From Octopus vulgaris (taxonomy: Eukaryota), in assembly GCA_951406725.2 (NCBI GenBank), contig OX597837.1, positions 4,526,001 through 4,590,000 on the forward strand: a stretch of DNA of 64,000 bases, given 5' to 3'. The notes below the pieces were generated by a model, which had not been told where the DNA came from, searched no databases, and worked only from the letters and a program-made list of their open reading frames with translations. Every line of letters begins with the position of its first letter. Within the stretch, counting starts at the first letter, position 1. This document shows, one piece after another, positions 16,689 through 29,368 of the stretch. The position numbers were made by a program, and so were the translations under genes.

Positions 16689-17563
16689 TACATATATACA
16701 TAAATATATACACACACATGCACACACACACATACACACACGCAAATATATATATATATAGACGTATATAGGTATGTATGTACAATATATTCCCATAATA
16801 CAGTCTGAATATCTATGTTACGTGTGTGTATGTGTGTTTGTGCGTATGTGTGTTTGTGTGTACGTGTGTTAGTGTGTACGTGTGTGCGTGTAATATTTTT
16901 ATCGTACTAATTGCTACATATCTTTATTCATAGTGTTCGTTAATTGATTAATGTAAAATATGTATCGGCAACTCTTTCCATACTGTCAATTGATGATAAA
17001 ATAGATAAAACAATAAATATGCGTTTATCGTTTTTTAGCACCATTTTGGATTTGACATTTGCAATCTTTAAATTATATTTTACGAACAGAATAATAGAAT
17101 TACGACTACAGCCTATAACTGTATATTTAATGATGCATAACATATAAGCTCATAGCAAACAATAAGCTTATAGCAACGCACACACCCATGGAGGTAAGAT
17201 GGTAAGATTCTGGTTTCGGTCACAGTACCGGGCGACGCGTTGTGTTCTTGAGCAAAGGACTTGATTTCACGTTGCTCCAGTTCACTCAGTTGTGACCGAG
17301 TGGGGTCACGGCCAGCTGGGGAATATATATGCCATGGAAACAGGGAAACCGGCCGTTTCAGTCTATATGACTCGGGATATAACTTTACTTTTCATACACA
17401 CATATACATAGGCATAGGAGTGGCTTGCTTCCGAACCACATGGTTTCGGGTTCAGTCCCACTGCGTGGCACCTTGGGCAAATGTCTTCTACTATAGCCTG
17501 GGCCGACCAAAGCCTTGTGAGTGGATTTGGTAGAAGGAAACGGAAAGTAGCCCGTCGTATATA

Positions 17564-17617
<54 letters not shown>

Positions 17618-17619
<2 letters not shown>

Positions 17620-17943
17620 GGAGTAAACACATAAATGTGAAACAAGGTGGAAAAAGAGTACTCAAATACCAGTGGTAGAGTAATATGCTTTATTTAAAGC
17701 AGCAGAAAATTCAACAAAACCTGTTACTCTGAGTTTCACGTTCCCGTTCGTCGGACAGTTTTTGCTAGAATAGAACCGATATGTCAATAAAAAAATGGAC
17801 TTGTTTGATTGGTCCTTTACAAATAACGGTCAATTTCGATAGAATTGACATATCGGTTCTATTCTAGCAAAAACTGTCCGACGAACGGGAACGTGAAACT
17901 CAGAGTAACAGGTTTTGTTGAATTTTCTGCTGCTTTAAATAAA

Positions 17944-17944
<1 letters not shown>
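17618..17944. mobile_element. PLE pLTR fragment folded into a 101-bp-arm inverted repeat
   Basis: Arms 17688-17788 and 17844-17944 are reverse complements; same family as 25056-25330. Confidence 0.8.
17874..17911 (+). ncRNA. Minimal type I hammerhead, CCGACGA core variant (mirror copy at 17721-17758, minus strand)
   Basis: ctgt-CCGACGA-acg-ggaa-cgt-GAAA-ctcagag-TA-acag. Confidence 0.65.
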
Positions 17945-18026
<82 letters not shown>

Positions 18027-18271
18027 TGTATGTATGTATGTATGTATGTATGCATGTGTGTGTATATGTTTGTGTGAATGTGTTTGTCCCCCTCCGCCAA
18101 AATCGCTTAACAACCGACAAAAGACATCGATGGAATAGGTACTAGGCTTACAAAGAATAAGTCCTGGGGTCGATTTGCTCGACTAAAGGCGGTGCTCCAG
18201 CATGGCTGCAGTCAAATGCCTGAAACAAATAAAAGAGTAGAAAAGAGTAAAGAGTATATGTATATATATGT

Positions 18272-18321
<50 letters not shown>

Positions 18322-18325
<4 letters not shown>

Positions 18326-18566
18326 TATAGATAAAAACCACTATTAAGCAACTCAAACAGTGATAGACATAAACCAAAACATAAATAACAAATAATATAT
18401 ATTTTTATAAAACATATAACTAGATCTCTTATTATATATTTATCATTCATTTTATACTTTTTGAGATCTTGTTATGTTTTATAAAAAATATATCATTTGT
18501 TATTTATATTTTGGTTTATGTCTATTACTGTTTGAGCTGCATAATAGTGGTTTTATTTCTAAATTA
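18322..18566. repeat. Imperfect inverted repeat of an interspersed repeat (family also at about 8452-8555)
   Basis: 18322-18428 versus 18463-18566, e.g. AAACCACTATTAAGCAACTCAAACAG / CTGTTTGAGCTGCATAATAGTGGTTT. Confidence 0.7.
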
Positions 18567-18692
18567 TATTTTATATATTCATATTGTTAAATTTGATTTA
18601 ATACTAAATTGAATTTTTTCCCTGTAAGTTTGGAGTTATAATCCATAGTATTATTATTATTATTATTATTATTATCATCATCATCATCATCA

Positions 18693-18724
<32 letters not shown>

Positions 18725-18725
<1 letters not shown>

Positions 18726-20728
18726 TGTTTGACTTTTGCTTTATGTCTGTACAAGTTGGCTCCAAGTATCACCCAGAGACCTCAAGAGACAACAGGTTGG
18801 AAGTTCTGTGCCATATATTTGGGGGGTGGGGTTCGGTGTTGTACTAATGAATGTCTAATACATAAAAATAAAAAAAATAATAAATAAATAAAATAAAAAA
18901 ATAAAAAATAAAAATAAAAATAAAAATAAAAAGTTTGTTTTAAACCTTGGGATTACATAGAGAGTATTTTGCGTAGGATATGAGCAGTTCCCATGAGCAC
19001 TATCTTTTGAATTTCTGCCATTTTGGGGTTTCCTGGTATCTGAGTTAGGTAGCAATCAGTCCCTTTCGCTATCATTCCCAGGGCACCTATGACAACAGGT
19101 TTTGTTTTAGTCTTCAGGTTCCACATTTTGCTGATTTCAATTTCAAGATCTTTATATTTGCTCAGTTTTTGGTAGGTCTTGACAGATACGTTTATATCGA
19201 TTGGGACAGTCATATCAATGAGGAGGCATGTTCTTTGTCTGAAGCCTTTCAATATGATGTCTGGCCTATTTGCATCTATCTTCCTGCCAGTTTGAATGGT
19301 GAAGTTCCAGAGGAGTGAGATGTTTTTTTTCCCAAGCACTGGAGGTGGATTGTGTTCCCACCAGTTTTTTTCATGGGGCAAATCCAGGTTTTTGCAAATT
19401 ACCCAGTGAATATATTGTGCAGCTCTATCATCCCTATTGAGGTACTCTGTAGGCGCTAGAAGACTGCATTTGGAGACAACATGATCAATGGTTTCATTTT
19501 GTTGTCGGCATACACGACATGTTGGGCTACTGCTGTTCTTTAACATGTTGGCCTGGTAGTTTCTTGTTGGTAGGCATTGATCTTGAGCTGCTATGATAAA
19601 CCCCTCTGTTTCAGATTTTAAGCCAGAGGCCATTAGCCATTGATGGGTCAGGGCTTTGTCGATATCTGCATCATTCGCTGTCTTTGGGTATGTGCCATAG
19701 AGAGGTTTTTCTTGCCATTTATTATTCAGAATATCTAAGGCCGCAGTTTTGGCACGGGTTTTCATGCGCCTAGCTTTTTCTGTGCTTGTTTCTTGTATGT
19801 CTATCTCTAATTCCGAAATTGGTTGTATTCGGAATTCACTTAGATATTCCTTTGCCTGTTTTGTGACTGAGTATGATGCTTTCTTGTTTTCATGTTTTGA
19901 GACAAGTTTTAACATCCAGTCCTCAGAGTTTTTCAGGTAGGTGTCTAGGCCAATTGTAGCAATCTTCATTGTTATTGCCAGTTGCAAAAGACCACGGCCT
20001 CTCTCTTTTCTTGGCAGACAGAGTCGTTCTGTATCTGCCTTAGGGTGGTGCATTCTATGCATTGTCAACAGTTTCCTTATTTTTCTGTCGAGCTGACATA
20101 TTTCAGTAATTGACCAGTTAACAATATTGAAACTGTAAGTCACGACTGGTATGGCTAATGCATTGATCGCTTCGATCCTGTTTCTTGCATTCAGCTCTGT
20201 CTTGAGTATTGCTCTCACTCTTCGATAGCATTCTCTCCTGATCCTTTCCTTCATCTCTGAATGCCTTATTCCGTTCCCTTCAATTACCCCTAGGTACTTG
20301 TAGCTCTCCGCTGGGTCTAGTTCTTTTATGACATTCTGCTGGGCAAGGTTAACGTTAGATGTTTCTGTCATTTTTCCTTTGATAAAGGTAGCTTTTTCAC
20401 ATTTATCGAGGCCGAATTGCATTCTGATGTCATCACTGAATTGTTTGACTATCGCTAGTAAGCCCTTGAGTTGTTGGTCATTTTTTGCAAAAAGCTTTAA
20501 ATCATCCATGTAAATGAGATGATTTATATTTTTATCAAACATTTTATACCCATACTGCGTGTCATTGAGCAGTTTTGAGAGAGGTATTAAGGATAAACAA
20601 AAGAGGAGTGGTGACAGTGAGTCACCCTGGAAAATGCCACACGAAATTTTTACATCACCAGCATTTAGGGATTCATTGTCACTGTTCAGAGTTAGTGTGG
20701 TTCTCCATAATCTCATACTTACAGTCAA
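18725..20728 (-). mobile_element. 5'-truncated R4/Dong-like non-LTR retrotransposon (RT C-half, CCHC, RLE endonuclease), family A
   Basis: Open 591-aa ORF 18953-20728 with GIFQGDSLSPLLF, YMDD, CRVC..HVVSKC and RPDII..LIDMTVP..KLSKY; (TTA)n on both sides. Confidence 0.92.
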
Positions 20729-20764
20729 GAAGTTATTAATTATTAGTTATTATTATTATTATTA

Positions 20765-20806
<42 letters not shown>

Positions 20807-20834
20807 CACCACCATTATTATTACTTTTTTTTTC

Positions 20835-22535
20835 TTCTTTCAAATTTGCTTTCATTTCTTGCCGAGTGTCTTCCCGACTCCTAGGGCAAAGAAACTCATA
20901 GTATACATTGGTAGGCCATTAAACCAAACTCAATATTTCGTTCATTTTTTAAATTTTTTTTTTTAAGTTAAATTAAAATACATGAGCAGCAACAGTTCTC
21001 ACATCGACAATGCTATTCTCAATACGTGTGATGTACCAGTTAAGACAATCTTTTGCACTTCTTGCAGCAGGGATGGTAAGCCAGGGATCATTCTCATATA
21101 ATTTTCGGTTCCCTTCTTGATCATTCCTAGTGCTCCTACGATCACTGGTATTGTAACCGCCTTGAGATGCCACATTTTCTCAATTTCAATGAGTAGGTCT
21201 TTATATTTTCTGAGCTTGTCAAACTCTTTCGCTGAGATATTATGATCACAGGGGATGCTCATGTCGATCAATAAGCAAACTTTATTGTTTTGGTCTTTCA
21301 CAACAATATCTGGTTTATTGGCCTTGATGGTTCGGTCTGTATGTACTGGAAAGTCCCACAGAATGGTTACATTTTCTCCTTCAGTTACAGCTTCAGGGTG
21401 GTGATTATACCACTTGTCGGCAGTTTTGATATTGTAATGCCGACTAATTAGCCAGTGTAGATATCGGCCAACTCTGTCATGTCTTAATTTATACTCCACT
21501 GGTGCTAAGACTTTACATCCAGAGATTAGGTGGTCCACTGTTTCAATCATGTCGTTGCAGAATCGGCATTTTGGGTCTGCTCCATTTTTCATCACATTGG
21601 CCTGGTAGTTCCGGGTTAATAGGCTTTGATCTTGAGCAGCCAGGATGAAACCTTCGCTCTCTGTTTTTAGCCCTGAGCTCCGTAGCCACTGATGGGTTTG
21701 CTTCTGGTCAACATCAGCTTGTTTGCTGCGGGTCACATATTTGCCGTGCAGAGGTTTCTCCTCCCACCTATCAGCCAATTGCTCGTGCGCTTTTTTTGTT
21801 GCCATCATTTTCACCTTCTTTGCAACAATAGTTGCCGTACTTCCCTCGGGTTGTTCAGTTTGGGTATCCTGCACGAGATCAATAGCAAATTTTTTGCTTT
21901 CCTTTATAATAGAATGAATCTTCTTTCGTCTCTCGTGATTTTCCACGAGCTTTAGCATCCAGTCATTCGATATTTCGAGATATTTGGCCAGTCCAATTGT
22001 GGTTGTTTTGTAAGCTAGTTCAAATTGGATCAGGCATCGACCTCCTTGGGCTCTGGGGAGGTAAAGGGGATCTACGTCTGCCTTTGAGTGGTGCATCCTA
22101 TTACAACTCAGCAGCTTGCGTATTTTCCTGTCTATATTCTTTACTTCACTCATATTCCAGTTCAACACATTGTAGCTATAAGTAACAACTGGAACTGCTA
22201 AGGAATTTATAGCTAACACCTTGTTACGTGCATTTAGTTTAGATTTCAGGACTGCACGAACTCTCCTATAGCATTCCTTCCTGATCTTCTCTTTCATGCT
22301 TGCATGCTGAATACCAGAGCCTTCATTTATCCCTAAATATTTGTATGTTTGTTCTTGCTCAAGCTCTCTTATGACTGTGTCAACATCTAACACGACTGAA
22401 TTTGTGGTCTTCACTTTCCCTTTCTGGAAAGTGGCCTTGGCACACTTCTCAAGTCCAAACTCCATCCCGATGTCATCGCTGAATGTTTTCACAGTGCGCA
22501 ATAGGCCTTCAAGTTCATTATTGTCTTTACCATAG
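20835..22535 (-). mobile_element. 5'-truncated R4/Dong-like retrotransposon, family B
   Basis: 500-aa ORF 20999-22501 with MEFGLEKC, CRFC..HLISGC and KPDIVV..LIDMSIP..KLRKY; flanked by (TTA)n. Confidence 0.92.
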
Positions 22536-22663
<128 letters not shown>

Positions 22664-22740
22664 CCTTATTATTTTATTATTATTATTATTATTATTATTC
22701 CATGTTTGACTTTTGCTTTACCTTTGCACAAGATGGCTAT

Positions 22741-22785
<45 letters not shown>

Positions 22786-23167
22786 TATATATATATATAT
22801 ATATATCTTTGCGTTTGTATCTGTGAATATTCGTACATACTTATGATATTTAATAGGTTTTATTTACATGACTTTTCTCCATATATTTCTATAACACATA
22901 ATTCATCGACAATCTACCTCGTTTCTGTATAGAGCTTTCAAGTTAATACAGAATACTTGAAACTCCATACTTAACAAGATACATGACCAGGTATATTTAA
23001 TAGATCTCATAAAAGTACAAACCCCTCTTCTCCTCATCTAAATAAATAAGCGGGTGCTATAAAGTATTCTCTAGAATATTAATCAATTTAATACACATGT
23101 GTAACTTAAGTCACAAAAACAAATGATTTTACCACACAAATAATAGTAACTTCAACAATATAAATAT

Positions 23168-23378
23168 TCTTTTCTTTTCTATTCTAGACACAAGGTCCGA
23201 AATATTTGGGGAGGGGAGCAGTCGATTAGATCGACCCCAGTACGCAACTGGTACTTATTTTATCGACTCCGGAAGGATGAAAGGCAAGGTCAACCTCGGC
23301 GGAATTTCAACTCAGAATATAAAGACAGACGAAATGATTTTAAGCATTTCGCCCGGCGTGCTAACGTTTCTGCCAGTT
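23168..23378 (-). mobile_element. Family 2 tRNA-derived SINE
   Basis: Matches the copies at 14195-14404 and 28300-28470. Confidence 0.8.
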
Positions 23379-23394
23379 TTATAAATATTAAATA

Positions 23395-23801
23395 CTAGCA
23401 GTATAGCCCGGCGTTGCTCGGGTTTGTTTCGACCCTTTAGACCTGAACTTTTTGCGAAGTAAATATTCCACATTACGTAGCTTGTTATTTTCTTTAAGTG
23501 ACAATTTTTCTGGTTGAAATACACCGAAAAATGGTGACACAGCAGTAAAAAAATCGTAAAAGATAGGGATTTTCATAGAAAAAAAGCACCTTTTTTATGT
23601 AAATAATCTTTGGTCTTAACATGGTTCGATTTGAATTTTTTCTTCTACAGAATGAAGAGCAAGCCATCTATCATACTTTCAATTTTGGTCAACTTGCGCC
23701 ACAGGGTCTCCGAGGGGATAGTGTTAGTTGAAGGCTACCAAACCTGCCACACATACACACACACACACACAGACAACTTCAGCTTTATATATATAGATAG
23801 A
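23395..23801 (-). mobile_element. Non-autonomous Helitron with termini related to 8081-8449
   Basis: CTAG at 23395-23398 preceded by A, the same GCCCGGCGTTGCTCGGGTTTG hairpin end, and a TCTATCTATATAT start on the minus strand. Confidence 0.78.
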
Positions 23802-24301
23802 TTTATATATAATAGTTGATGGTTTTTTAATTTTATCTTGAGGGAATAAGGATAGCTGAAAGGGAGATATTTGGTTGAAATACACAAACATATCCGGGTG
23901 TATGTTTATAAATTCTGTAAACATGTATATAATGCAATACAAGAATGTGATGAAATTTGCTTTAATGATAGCTTCTGATCTCTTTAAAACATAATGCCAA
24001 CGGCTATGAGTGTTGGCTTTACCTTGGGTTTAGATGAATCTTATAATAATACATTTCTGTATTTAATTTATTGGGATTTTCTTTAACGCGAGTGAATGTT
24101 GCTTTTCATAAGATTATAAATTTACAAGCAATTAATATCGTCTTTAGGGAGTAAAATGATTTCAATATTTGCAGTCAGCTTTCCTGCCGTCAGTTCTCAT
24201 AATCCTAACTATAAAATAGAATTCATATACACTACGCTTCCATCTGTATATATATACATTGAAATATATACATATACATATACATATACACACACACAGA
24301 G

Positions 24302-24357
<56 letters not shown>

Positions 24358-24588
24358 ATTCACATATATATAGACTTCACAAATGTCAATCGTACGTGGA
24401 TTGTTGGCAATTTTTAAAGTTCTTCCTTCTTTCTCTTTGAACCTTCCTCTTGCCGACGATGAACTATGCTCGAAACGTTAACAACTCTTTCCTTTCACCG
24501 AGGGTAATTTATTATATGGCTTGTGCAATTCCCCACGTTTGCTTTTCCCATTTTCACTCTGTTTTTAATTGTTTCTTCTCTGAATTGA

Positions 24589-24645
<57 letters not shown>

Positions 24646-24647
24646 CA

Positions 24648-24708
<61 letters not shown>

Positions 24709-24854
24709 ATAAGCAACAAGGACGGATATCCTTGTTGCTTAATTTTGATTTTAATCCCCTTATTTTAAATTGTATGGATAATACCATACTAAATTCTGTT
24801 GCCTCAACGTAAGTACCATATTCATCTGAATCTATCTATATATATGTATATATA

Positions 24855-25055
24855 AAATTAATCCAAACATGAAAACACAAAAAGAAAACAACAATGCGAG
24901 GACGTGGAACAAGTATAGTGTTATTGGGCGCTCAGGAAAGAAGGAAAGAAGGAGGGTTTAACGTTTCGAGCGGAGCTCTTCGTGAGAAACATAGGAAAAG
25001 GAAAGATCCAAGGAAGGGAAGACGGAGGAAAAAATCGCCAACGGTACACACACGG
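24855..25055 (-). mobile_element. PLE pLTR-end fragment with relic hammerhead (same family as about 30050-30250 on +)
   Basis: Minus strand: gtttctcacgaa-gagc-tcc-gctc-GAAA-cgt-TA-aac at about 24958-24990. Confidence 0.55.
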
Positions 25056-26395
25056 TCCAGAGTAAGCACACGAATGCGAAACAAGGGGGGAAATAGTACT
25101 CGAATACCAGATGTAGAGTAATATGCTTTATTGTAAAGCAGCAACAATATCACAGAAATTGTTACTCGGAGTTTCACGTTCCCGTTCCTTGGTCAGTTTT
25201 GTTTAAAATGAAACAACATAAAGTTATATGCAGAAGTGCAATTACTTTGATAGATACACATTGGAAAATGGTTTTGTTTCATTGGTCCTTTCCTCTAACG
25301 GCCTTTTCAATAACCAGTTGCCTCATTTTACAATTGCGGTTTAAATTCATATTATCATAAGAATTGAAGAAAGCCTTAAATAAAAAAAATTACTTATGAA
25401 GAAGGGAAAGAGCCTGAATACCCAGGGTAAATAATTAGTTGTAAAAATAATAATTTAATAAATTAAAAGATATATCCGCTTAAAAAACTTTCATGCATTT
25501 AGCAATACATACACATACCAAACAACCTATAATATACGTATATACACAAAACATGCAGCCGCTGGTACATGGTTTCATACACATACAGACATATATAGCC
25601 ACACACACAGACACACAGACGCGCATAAATCCTCCTGGTGTATGCTAATACAATTTAGTTGTTACATGCGAAAGAAAGAAAAGAAAAAATGAGAGAATAA
25701 AAAGTGGTGAGAGAAAGAAAAAGGAAAAAGAAGAAAAATAAACAGAAAATTGGAGAGAGAGAGATAGAATAAGGGACTAACATTTTGTTCCTTTTTCTTT
25801 TCCCCTTTTTTTTCTCTCATCACTTTTTATTCTCTGATTTTGCTTCCTTTTCTTTCTTTCGCCTGTAACAAATAAATTCTATATGCATACAACAGAAGCT
25901 TTTATGCGCGTCTGTGTGTGTGTATCTGTGTGCGTGCATATATGTATATGCATTTGTATATATATTTATGTTTTGCCTATATACGTCTGCATATGTATGT
26001 AGCCATGTACCAACGCCTGTATGTTTTGTGTATATACGTATATTATATGTGTATGTATTGCTAAATGTAAATGTATTTTAGCGTGGAAGTGTTTTAAAAA
26101 GATATATTTTCTAATTTATTATTAATTTCACCACTATTATTAATTTTACCCCGGGTATTCAGGCTTTTTTCCTTCTATATAAGCTATTTTTGATCCAAGG
26201 TTTTCTTCGATATTTAATATATTATGATTTTAAACTGCAATTGTAAGTTCATGCAACCCGTTATTAAAAAGACCGTAGGATGAAAGGACGAATGAAACAT
26301 AATCATTTTCAGATGTGTATCTAACAAAGTAATTATATTTCTGCATATAATTCACTCTTGCTCCATCTTAAACAAGACAGTCCGAAGAACGGGAA
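25056..26395. mobile_element. Old PLE pLTR inverted repeat with ~600-bp diverged arms
   Basis: About 25180-25760 versus 25790-26395, e.g. GAGCCTGAATACCCAGGGTAAA / TTTACCCCGGGTATTCAGGCTT; the left part matches 17620-17830. Confidence 0.7.
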
Positions 26396-26419
26396 TATAT
26401 ATATATATATATATATATT

Positions 26420-27025
26420 GTGAAATAGAAAGATGAATAATCTTGTTGCAGATTAATCAAAAGTTTAACCGATACCTTGGTAGCAAAAATCACAGCAGAA
26501 GACAGCACGGTTGGAGGTACAACCATATGGTGTTGCAACCGTGCGTTGGTGCGGATAATTGAATTTTAATATTATTAGTGAATTGAAGAAATAGAGTTGA
26601 ACGAAGATTGAACAGAAATCGTTTTATTGCATTCTACACGTGTTTCGAAAGGCACAATTTACCAAATTCCGATTGAATAATGAGACCATATTGTGTCTTT
26701 CTCTTCAGGAAGAAATAGGAAATCCGTTGGAAAAAACAAAAACAGAACAGAGGCGGAGCAAAACAAATCGAACTAGGCTCCTAAGAGCCCATGGCCAAAG
26801 AGTTTGGCCATGGGCTCTTAGGAGCCTAGTTCGATTTGTTTTGCTCCGCCTCTGTTCTGTTTTTGTTTTTTCCAACGGATTTCCTATTTCTTCCTGAAGA
26901 GAAAGACACAATATGGTCTCATTATTCAATCGGAATTTGGTAAATTGTGCCTTTCGAAACACGTGTAGAATGCAATAAAACGATTTCTGTTCAAACTTCG
27001 TTCAACTCCATTTCTTCAATTCACT

Positions 27026-27033
<8 letters not shown>
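26420..27033. mobile_element. PLE pLTR fragment forming a near-perfect 465-bp palindrome
   Basis: Arms 26569-26799 and 26803-27033 with a 3-nt spacer GAG; homologous to 2545-2930; (TA)n on both sides. Confidence 0.88.
26891..26970 (+). ncRNA. Type I hammerhead ribozyme with palindromic stem III (mirror copy at 26632-26711, minus strand)
   Basis: ttc-CTGAAGA-gaaag-a-cacaat...attgtg-c-ctttc-GAAA-cacgt-GTA-gaa; ACACGTGT is self-complementary. Confidence 0.8.
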
Positions 27034-27069
<36 letters not shown>

Positions 27070-27252
27070 ATGTGTGTGTGTGTGTGTGTGTGTACGTATG
27101 TATATATATATGGAGAGCGAGAGAAAGAGAAAGAGAGCGAGAGAGCAAGAGTGAAAGAGAGAGTGAGCGAGAGCGTGAGAGAGAGAGACAGAGAGAGAGA
27201 GAGAGAAAGAGATAGGTATACATATATAAATATTTATGTATATATCTATTTG

Positions 27253-28470
27253 TCTCTCTTATAAAAGAAAATGTTTTCACTCTAGACATTATACTTTTCT
27301 ACTCTAAGCACAAGGCCCGAAATTTTGGCGGATGTTGGGGGTCAGTCGTTTTGATCGTCCCCAGTTCGCAATAGGTACTTAATTTATCGACCCCGAAAGG
27401 ATGAAAGACAAAGTCGACTTCGGCAGAATTTGAACACGGAACGTAACGGCAGACGAAAGACCGCTAAGAATTTTGCCCGGCGTGCTAACGTTTCTTATTT
27501 CTTTATTGCCTACAAGGGGATAAACATAGAGGGGACAAACAACGACAGACAAAGAGATTAAGTCGATGAAGTCGACCCCAGTGAGTAACTGGTACTTAAT
27601 TTAACTGGTACTTAATTTATCTTCTATCTCTGTTATAAAAGAAGATGTTTTCACTCTAGACATTATTCTTTTCTACTCTAAGCACAAGGCCCCAAATTTT
27701 GGCGGAAGTGGGGGCCAGTCGTTTTGATCGCCCCCAGTTCGCAATAGGTACTTAATTTATCGACCCTGAAAGAATGAAAAACAAAGTCGACTTCGGCGGA
27801 ATTTGAACTCAGAACGTAGTGACAGACGAAATACCTATTTCTTTACTACTCTCAAGGGGCTAAACACAGAGAGGACAAACAAGGACAGACAAACAGATTA
27901 AGTCGATTATATCGACCCCAGTGCGTAACTGGTACTTATTTAATTGATCCCGAAGGGATGAAAGGCAAAGTCGATCTCGGCGGAATTTGAACTCAGATAG
28001 ACGAAAAACCACTAAGCATTTTGCCGGGCGTGCTAACATTTCTTATTTCTTTATTGCCCACAAGGAGCTACACATAACGAGGACAGACAAGGACAGACAA
28101 AGGGATTAAGTTAATTACATCGACCCCAGTGCGTAACTTGTATTTAATTTATCAACCCCGAAAGGATGAAAAGTCGACCTCGGCGGAATTTGAACTCAGA
28201 ACGTAGCGGCAGACGAAATACCTATTTCTTTACTACCCACAAGGGGCTAAACATAGAGTGGACAAACGGTCTAAGACGATTACATCGACAAACGGATTAA
28301 GTCGATTACATCGACCCCAGTGCATAACAGGTACTTATTTAATCGATCCCGAAAGGATGAATGGCAAAGTTGACCTCGGCGGAATTTGAACCCAGAATGT
28401 AACCGCAAAGGAAATACGGCTATGCATTTCGCCCGGCGTGCTAACGATTCTGCCAGCTCGCCGCCTTCCA
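27253..28470 (-). mobile_element. Tandem cluster of family 2 SINE copies and partial units
   Basis: CGGAATTTGAACTCAG-like and GTCGATT..ATCGACCCCAG blocks recur five or six times. Flank sequence is duplicated at 27253 and 27626; an intact head GGCGGCGAGCTGGCAGAATCG lies at about 28445-28466. Confidence 0.85.
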
Positions 28471-28958
28471 ATTCTAGACATTACTGAAAAATCGCATGCC
28501 GTTCAGAATATTCTCCAAGGACTTGGATAATTTTTTTTATATTTCATTAGGAATTCTTTCTCCAAATAGTATAAAAGTATTGAACAACCTATTTAAATTT
28601 ATAGAATATATTCTCTCTTTTCCATTAGCACCTCATTAGGATATTTTCCCTAAGGTGTCAACCGTATTGCTAAAATTTAAAAACAAATAAGTACATCAGC
28701 TATATCATAATTTCAGAATTATGAATTTCAACAATTAAACACCTAATTACTCTTATTCAAATCAGAAATGAGCTCAAATAAAAAATGAACTTGTCCACCT
28801 CTAAGTAAAAGTATTTCTGAAAGCAACTTTCAGAAATATCGTAATTATCATTTCCTCGGCGCAGACCATTTTTTTTAATGATGTCACAGTTTTGTTTTTA
28901 TTTAAAAAAAAAAAAATTGTCAATCATAAATATATATGTAGCGTGTTTGAGATACTTT

Positions 28959-29368
28959 GGATCTTTTCGGTTTGAACGGCAGTTTTTTCTAGCGGTGTCA
29001 TATGAAATTGTCACCCATAATTATGACCCTAGTATCGCTCTAATGCATTTCAATCTGTTTTAGGGTTAGGGGTGGGGGAAGGGTATCTTTTTTTCTTCAC
29101 AAATGTAAATAAACCCAATCTGTTTTTTAAACGAGGGGCATATTCATACGGCACAGAATGCTTTTTATCTCAATGGACGTCATTGATTGGTTGAAATTGC
29201 AGAAATTGAAAAAAAAAACAACAAATGTCTTACAAACTATAGCATTTTCTCAATAAAGCTAGGGAGAAAAAGATGTTTTATAAACACATTCTACCAGTAT
29301 ACGAAGTTTAAAATTTTTTAGTTACCTAGAAATTATGTTAAAAACTGCCGTTCAAACCGAAAAGATCC
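28959..29368. mobile_element. MITE with 29-bp perfect TIRs and an 8-bp TSD (Merlin- or Mutator-like)
   Basis: TIR GGATCTTTTCGGTTTGAACGGCAGTTTTT at both ends; TSD GATACTTT at 28951-28958 and 29369-29376. Confidence 0.92.

Larger units (their letters stand above)
17412..18255 (+). mobile_element. Family 1 SINE split by a PLE insertion in its internal (TA)n
   Basis: 5' half 17412-17560 and 3' half about 18060-18255, with the insert 17618-17944 bounded by (TA)n on both sides. Confidence 0.8.

Noticed and set aside
26640-26962. Mirror-image 85-aa ORFs on both strands
   Set aside because: A consequence of the palindrome.
29058-29075. Interstitial telomere
   Set aside because: Only two TTAGGG units, and they lie inside a MITE.
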